Source of the DNA: Macrostomum lignano
Taxonomy: Eukaryota
Assembly (NCBI GenBank): GCA_002269645.1
Contig: NIVC01003408.1
Span: 1-64,000 of the forward strand
DNA length: 64,000 nucleotides
Reading direction: 5' to 3'
In this document: positions 51,403 to 64,000 of the stretch, in pieces
How positions within the stretch are numbered: the stretch's first letter is position 1
Layout: each line of letters starts with the position of its first letter
The notes under the pieces: generated by a model
The model's database searches: none
What the model saw: only the letters and a program-made list of their open reading frames with translations
Told to the model about the DNA's origin: nothing
Made by a program: the position numbers and the translations under genes

Positions 51403-52384
51403 TGTGACTTTTTCTCTGTTTTTGGTGACTTATGACGGTCTAGCTGTCACTTGGCTCCAGCCTGTCTGGGTCAAAGAGGTCTTTCCAGCTTCCTTCCTCC
51501 CCACTCGCTCTATTACCTTCTCCTTTGATTTATGGGCTTTTGCAGTCACTTTCGGCGCCAGGATGTCTAGACAAGTGACTTTTATTCGGTTTTTCTCATG
51601 ATTTATGACCGCGCTTGTCAACTTCCCTGGGGTCTGAAGGCCACTTTGGTGGGGTGGGTTTTGGGGTCTTGAGCTCAGCCAATCAGAGTCGACCTGACCG
51701 CTCCCGACTCGACCAATCAGAAAATTCGGCACCGATTTTAACAAAGGCTCTCAGCCAACAGGAAATTCGGCGCTCGTTATAACAAACCGGCCGCGTGAGA
51801 TCTATAAAAGGCGGCATGTCAGTCCGCGCTCGACAGGTCTCCTTTTTGGGACCTACCCGCTTTTTGGTCCCTGGCAATCTTGGACTTTTTGGGGCGGAGC
51901 TCTCTCCAACGCTCGTCCTTCGGCCGAGGTCACTCGTGATCCCCCTTCCCCCCGCCTGCGCCTCAAATTAGCAACAGCAACTGGCAAGTGAAGAGTAACA
52001 CCGGCACATCGGTTAGGATCATCATAAGCATCCCGTCTGAGCGCTTCGGTCTATGTGGAATCCTTGGCTACCGGCAGATAGGTCCTCTGATTGGTTGGGT
52101 TAGAGGCTTTCTTGACCTGCTTAACTGGGTGCGCCCTTTGTCTGACCCCTTCCTAGATAGTCTGATAGGATTTGCACTTTTGCTTACTTGCTTTTTGTGT
52201 GCCAAACTCGAGGCGGAAGTGTCATTTAATACAAAAAGTAGCTATTGGCTCTGACTCAATCAAAGGCGTTTAGGATTGCGGATTAAGTGAGAAAGTTAAA
52301 TCTGGAATTTAAAGACTTGGCGTTTTCTTTCTTTTTCGCAATGCCAGCTGAGATAAGTGGTTAGATCTTGGGGCAGAGGTCACA
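51403..52384 (+). mobile_element. Possible LTR-like segment
   Basis: TGTGA...TCACA ends, two CCAATCAG boxes, TATAAAA near 51804. Flanks (taatt vs gtgga) give no TSD. Confidence 0.3.
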
Positions 52385-53490
52385 GTGGACCCAAAGCGGC
52401 ACAGTTCCCAGTCAATTAGTCGATCTCAGCAATCATGATGAGCATGCAAACTAAGTGCCAGACTGGTACTCTCGTGCAGTCTCAGGCAGCTAAGCGGCGA
52501 AACCGAGTAAAATATTAGTCTAAAGATCTCCAAAGGCGACAATACACCTACATCATCGCTATCTGTCGACGCGTTAACACATTTAGTGCCAAAGGTGTGC
52601 AGTTACTTCTGGGAATTCGGTAATGAAATAGTACATTTGTAGTGTATAAAGGCTCGCCAGCGCAAGAACCCCCTGCAAAAGTCCTCTCTGTCCCTGCATG
52701 GCCAATGCGATCTTAGTCCCTGCAGCGTCCCTTCTATTCGGCTATGACTTCGAGATAGACAGCTAAAGACACTAGATGGCAGGTAAGTGCAGTGCCCCTC
52801 TAGTCGGAAGTCCGATTTCGATAGCTCCGGTTTGGTGAGCCGGGGCGCACGGACTGGTGGCAGCGGGTTGGTTAATCTGTGGATTAGCTAATTTCTACAT
52901 TTCAGATTCTCCCTGCTTGTCTCTCGCTGTCTTCTCTTAGCTATAGGACCTTGCTGCTCGCCCACAATCTAGCTACCACGGGGCTGACCATCTGACAGGA
53001 GTGAGAGACCAGAGCTTTAAGTGATTCATTTTTGAGTTCTGAGGCCCGAAGCTACAGGCTTAAAAAGGCCGAACCCATCAAATCCAAAAATTATACGATC
53101 AATTCAAGTTTTACGACTTGTTACTAGTGGTCCTAGTGTAGTCAATCCGCAGCAAACCACTCCACTGACCTGAGTACAACACGTTTAGTCACGCTTAATA
53201 CATAGACGGCATCAAACTCATCTAATAAACTTAGGCATGCACATCCTCTTTGTTACGTTTGTAGAAGAAAATGAAAATGAAGATATAGGCCGATTGGGAT
53301 TAGAAGTATTTAATTTTTCGCCAGCGGCTTGTAGCACTTTGTATTCTTTTAAGAAAATAAATTATACCGGTATATTCTTAACATGAGTCGTATTGCGAAG
53401 CTAGAGTCGTATTTGTTGAGTCCATGGATGAAGGAATAGCAAGGAGTTCATCAGCCAATAGTGGTAGTACGGGGCCCGTGGGGGTAATTG

Positions 53491-53840
53491 GTATATATTC
53501 CCTATTTATACCAGTGCTAAGGCAATAGGCGAAGCCCAGGTCAATAAGCGTGGTACGAAAGCATTTTTTAAAGAATATATTTAAGAACGTTAAGACAATT
53601 TAAAAAAAATGATTTGATGTCTATGGTCTATAGCAGAATTTCTATACCATATTCTGCAGATTCAGACATGCGGTGAATGTTTCAGACAATTCTCTCTATG
53701 TAGCCAAGTGAGCAGTTAGAAACAGAGTTTTAATATTGTCTTTGGGCGAGTGAAATAAACCGTTTATCTGCACCGATGCAAATAAATGAAATTTACACTG
53801 AGACCATAGAAGTTCGCCCGGGGCAAGTGGGGGATACAGT
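53491..53840. repeat. Dispersed repeat copy B (inverted relative to 3690-4051)
   Basis: Reverse-complement alignment to copy A. Confidence 0.8.
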
Positions 53841-53859
53841 GTTGTCGGATTCAGCGCGC

Positions 53860-54610
53860 AGGAATGTCGTTCCCGCACTCGTTCGCGTGCCGGAATGCAA
53901 CTGTCTATGGTAAACACGCCATTGAAATCAAGCAGAAAATCAGTGCAGGAATGATGTGCAATTCTTGCACTATAAAGGAAACGGAACATTAATTATATAG
54001 TATATTTAGTTCATTTACTATCTTTGGTTTAAGTGTCTATGGTCTCGTATTACTGGTCTCGGTTTAATTGTCTATGGTCTCGTATTAGTGGGGGCTCGGC
54101 CCCTTGACCCCTGCTTCCTACCACTCTTACTATGTGCAAGAATGAATCCAACAACACTGCAATTTCCACACTCGTTAGAGTGCGGAAATATACCATTCTT
54201 ATTTGAGCCAGCGTGCGGGAATGAAGGCAGTCGTGCAGGAATTAAATAATCTATGGCCAAATCTCCACTGTTTTACACATGAACATCGTGCAGGAATGAC
54301 ACTCTCCGTTCCTGCACGCAAACAATTTATTTAAATTTGTACGCAAATGTATGGGGAGGAGAGAGAATGTATAATTCTTGAACGCTTACGAGTGCTTTGG
54401 CCATAGACGCACGAGTGAGCGTTCATGAATTTCATTCTTATTAGAGCAATTTTCCCCCTTCACTGAATTCATTTTATATGTCGGCGTGAAATAAAAAAGC
54501 ACAAGAATCGATTTATTTTTAACCCCCTCTCTCTTTCATCCCTCCACACTCTCTGTGTACATTGTTGGCTGATTTTCCATGCAGGAATGGCATTCTTGCA
54601 CTCTTTCCAG
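53860..54610. repeat. Cluster of GTGCA(G/A)GAATG motifs in both orientations with CCATAGAC sites (MITE-like)
   Basis: Motif recurs e.g. near 53858, 53944, 54135, 54232, 54286 and 54580; reverse copies ttcctgcac/ttcttgcac. Confidence 0.55.
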
Positions 54611-54880
54611 AACGTTGACGAAATGCGAGCGGCATTACGAATGAGATGTTTGGCATGCGAGCAATCCTTATACTATGGATTGCTCATCTGAAATAAATCT
54701 ACATCTGTATGGTCAATTTAGCTCCTCGAAGCTTGGAAAAAAAATCCCCCGCAGGATTTGTCTCTTACTTGCAAGAATGTCTACGTAGCAGCTGGAAATC
54801 CAAAGATACATCTGACAGCCTGGACTCATTGCAAGTCAAATCCTACGGGGAATCCACCAATAGAAATTCATACGGGGGTA

Positions 54881-58200
<3,320 letters not shown>

Positions 58201-59334
58201 TCATACGGGGGTAAATTTCGAGGAGCCAAATTCATAGATTATTTCAGATGAGCAATCCATGCATTCCTTCATCCATGCTTCAGTCATTTGAGTGTCACTG
58301 TGAAGCATATACTGAATGAAAAGTTTATAATTAATAGTATAGATAGAAGAAGCTTATATATATTGTCAGCAGATCAAATACGCAATACTTTGTTATCTCT
58401 GAGCTAGTATGCTCATAACAATGTATGCAATTCGCTGCTTTTTCTCATTGTTCTTATGAGACGAGTATTGAGTCGAGTTTCTTAGCTTGGTTAATCAGAA
58501 AATAACGCATTTAATTCACTAATTAGGCAACTAATTATATTTAAAACAAAGCCTGGTACATGAATGCTTGGTCAATACTAAGGCATTTATGAATTTTATT
58601 TGTTTATCTCGGGTCTAAATCTCATGTCTCGACATGAAATCAACAGTAAACTTAAGTTCAGGAGCACTCCAGCCGGTTATAGGAAACAATAGCGCTAGCA
58701 GGGATTATAAGGGCATTTTAGCTAAGAGACTGGGCCGGTCTATATTTGGATGTTATTGTGAACTCAAAATGCACTTCGATAGACACTTACCCCAGAGGTG
58801 AAGGGCCTTCCGTACTATCCCATAGTCATGCGCTGGATAGGATGGACAACAGTCTCAGAGTCTCAGAGCCATCGCCATAGAGTGGGCCAGGAGGTCTGCT
58901 GTGGATGCAACATGCCCCCCTCCCCCACCTAATATGGCGGCACCTGCTGCCCTCGTGACTCCCCTTGCAGCCAGCCTGATAGCTTACCTCCCCTGCAGCA
59001 TCAACAGCTGCGGGCATGGTGGAGCCCGACCGCGGCTTCCTCACTGCCCCCCGCCCCCTGCTGAAGCTGCCATCCATTAAAAGCAATGAATTTTTTTACA
59101 GGCTTCAAGGGGCTCTCTTTCATTGTCTCCAGCTCACTTTTGTCAACTGTTATCCCACTAGAGTTGGAACTGTTTTCTCTCAGACTAATCCAGGGATTAA
59201 CCCTTGAATTAAGATTATTTGTCGCTTGACTATTGGGGAGTTTGCAAGGATGGAAGGATGGGGTGGTGCTAGGACAAAATTTTGATAGAATATTTTTATG
59301 GACACCTAACCGTCCACCTCTTAGATGCGCGGAA

Positions 59335-59640
59335 TTTGTTACATAATTGCCAAACCTGTTAGACATTTTTGTGTTTGTTAGACTGGTGCTAACCTGTTAA
59401 GCAGTGCACAAGTATGTCAGTTAGATAGGCGTCCACCTGTTACACGCAGAAATGTCTGATAGATACATGCCAGCCTGATTGAGACAAGTGAAAGTGTTAG
59501 ATTGACACCAACCTGTTAGACACGGGTATAACAGTTAGACACGAGCCTAACTGTTAGATAGACCCCAACCTGTTAGACATGTATATAACTGATAGTTCGA
59601 CACCTACCTGTTAGACACGGATATAACTGTTAGATAGTCG
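59335..59640. repeat. Degenerate repeat of acctgttagaca-like motifs
   Basis: About 10 ctgttaga/gttagata cores at irregular spacing. Confidence 0.6.
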
Positions 59641-59986
59641 CCGTCTGAAACGTGGGCAAGAAGTGCAGCACAACGCAAGCAATAAACAATAAAAGCACCA
59701 CAGAGACATCCAAACAATGACAGAAGTTTCGCTCCCCCCCAACCCGTAGAGCCCCTCCCTACCCAAAGTGGCCTGCGATGAATTTCCCCATCTGATTCAA
59801 TATTATTGGGTTGGCATGGCAACGGGGCGGGTGGATAAGGGTAGAAATTTCCGGATCAGACTCGATTAAATTGTCGTTAAATTGAGAGGGTTGAGGGGCA
59901 AGGAGGATACGCCATTGCAGGCACATCACACCTGTAATAACCATGCTAATAACCATAAGGATCGAAGTAAATTTAACTGCGAGACA

Positions 59987-63130
<3,144 letters not shown>

Positions 63131-63354
63131 GTGAGCTGCGACATTTCACTTCAGCATGTGTAATAGGTGCTTTATTTATAGGGTAATAGGAGCTATAATG
63201 GACAATATCAAGTTAAAGACGCTCCCTTATTTTTGTTTGAATTTCAAAAGACAGAAACAGGCGAAGATAATTCAAGCAATTTTTAATGGTTCTAATCCCT
63301 CTGAATATTGTAATTGGGCTCTGGATATTATCCCTTAGGCTTAGGAAAATGTTT

Positions 63355-63710
63355 CTGAGCTCTAGGATAACGTCTCTGCGCTCTGGATAATGTCTCTGCG
63401 CTCTTGATAATGTCTCTGAGCTCTAGGTAATGTATCAGAGCTCTGGATAATGTCTCAGAGCTCTTGATAATGTCTTAGAGCTCTTGGTAATGTCTCAGAG
63501 CTCTTGATAATGTCTCAGAGCTCTGGATGATGTCTCAGAGCTCTTGATAATGTCTCAGAGCTCTTGATAATGTCTCAGAGCTCTTGATAATGTCTCAGAG
63601 CTCTTGATAATGTCTCTGTGCTCTGGATAATGTTTATGAGCTCTGGATAATGTCTCAGAGCACTGGATGTCCCTGAGCGCCGGGATAATGTCTCGGAGCT
63701 CGAGATAATG
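63355..63710. repeat. 20-bp minisatellite (ctcttgataatgtctcagag)
   Basis: About 17 degenerate copies. Confidence 0.9.
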
Positions 63711-64000
63711 TTCCAGATCCAAAAAACGATATTTTTTGGATTTTTTAAACAGCAAGAAAGTCAATAATATTCTTCTGTCAATAATAGCTGTCTTTTAATA
63801 ATTTTTAGTATATATATATATTGATATATATATATTTTTTATATATAAATAATTAAATATTAAATAATATAGTAAATAATTTCAATTCTTCTCACATATT
63901 ACAGTAGTTTGAAGCTTTAGCATCTAATCCCCTTTTCTTTTTTATTCAGCTACCTAAACTATTGCTTGCTTTATGCATGTAACTATCGTATAAAAGTAGT

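Noticed and set aside
58826-59110. GC-rich exon-like block with a minus-strand GTAAG donor
   Set aside because: No coherent protein or partner exon could be assembled.

Overview
Repeat-rich animal genomic DNA with spliceosomal introns, SINEs, LINEs and long microsatellites. A free-living flatworm such as Macrostomum is my inference from the myomodulin-like peptides and GC3-rich exons; it is not proven. Host genes supported by the sequence: (1) an intronless adenosine-receptor-like GPCR (1726-2805, -); (2) an orphan single-TM ORF (13623-14000, +); (3) a 3-exon FMRFamide/myosuppressin-receptor-like peptide GPCR (22154-29891, -); (4) two tandem paralogous 2-exon neuropeptide precursors (40231-40656 and 44582-45030, -), the second absent from the ORF track, each encoding two AM(R/K)L(M/I/L)R(L/I)amides plus a C-terminal GFYRPS(F/I)RYamide; (5) a 3-exon RING + TRAF/SIAH-like zinc finger + twin 'CGPNNG' Cys-repeat protein (47109-49828, -); (6) the 5' six exons of a secreted C-type-lectin/kringle-like mosaic protein (59987-63130, +, incomplete within the window). 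The rest is decayed mobile DNA (Tc1, DIRS/Ngaro, piggyBac, RNase H-bearing LINEs, an RTE fragment, two tRNA-SINE families, hairpin/MITE-like elements with an enriched CCATAGAC motif) and many tandem arrays. Almost all long ORFs in the track over the arrays are repeat artefacts. Exon models were derived by hand from GT/AG sites and phase continuity; family calls are by motif recognition without database searches.
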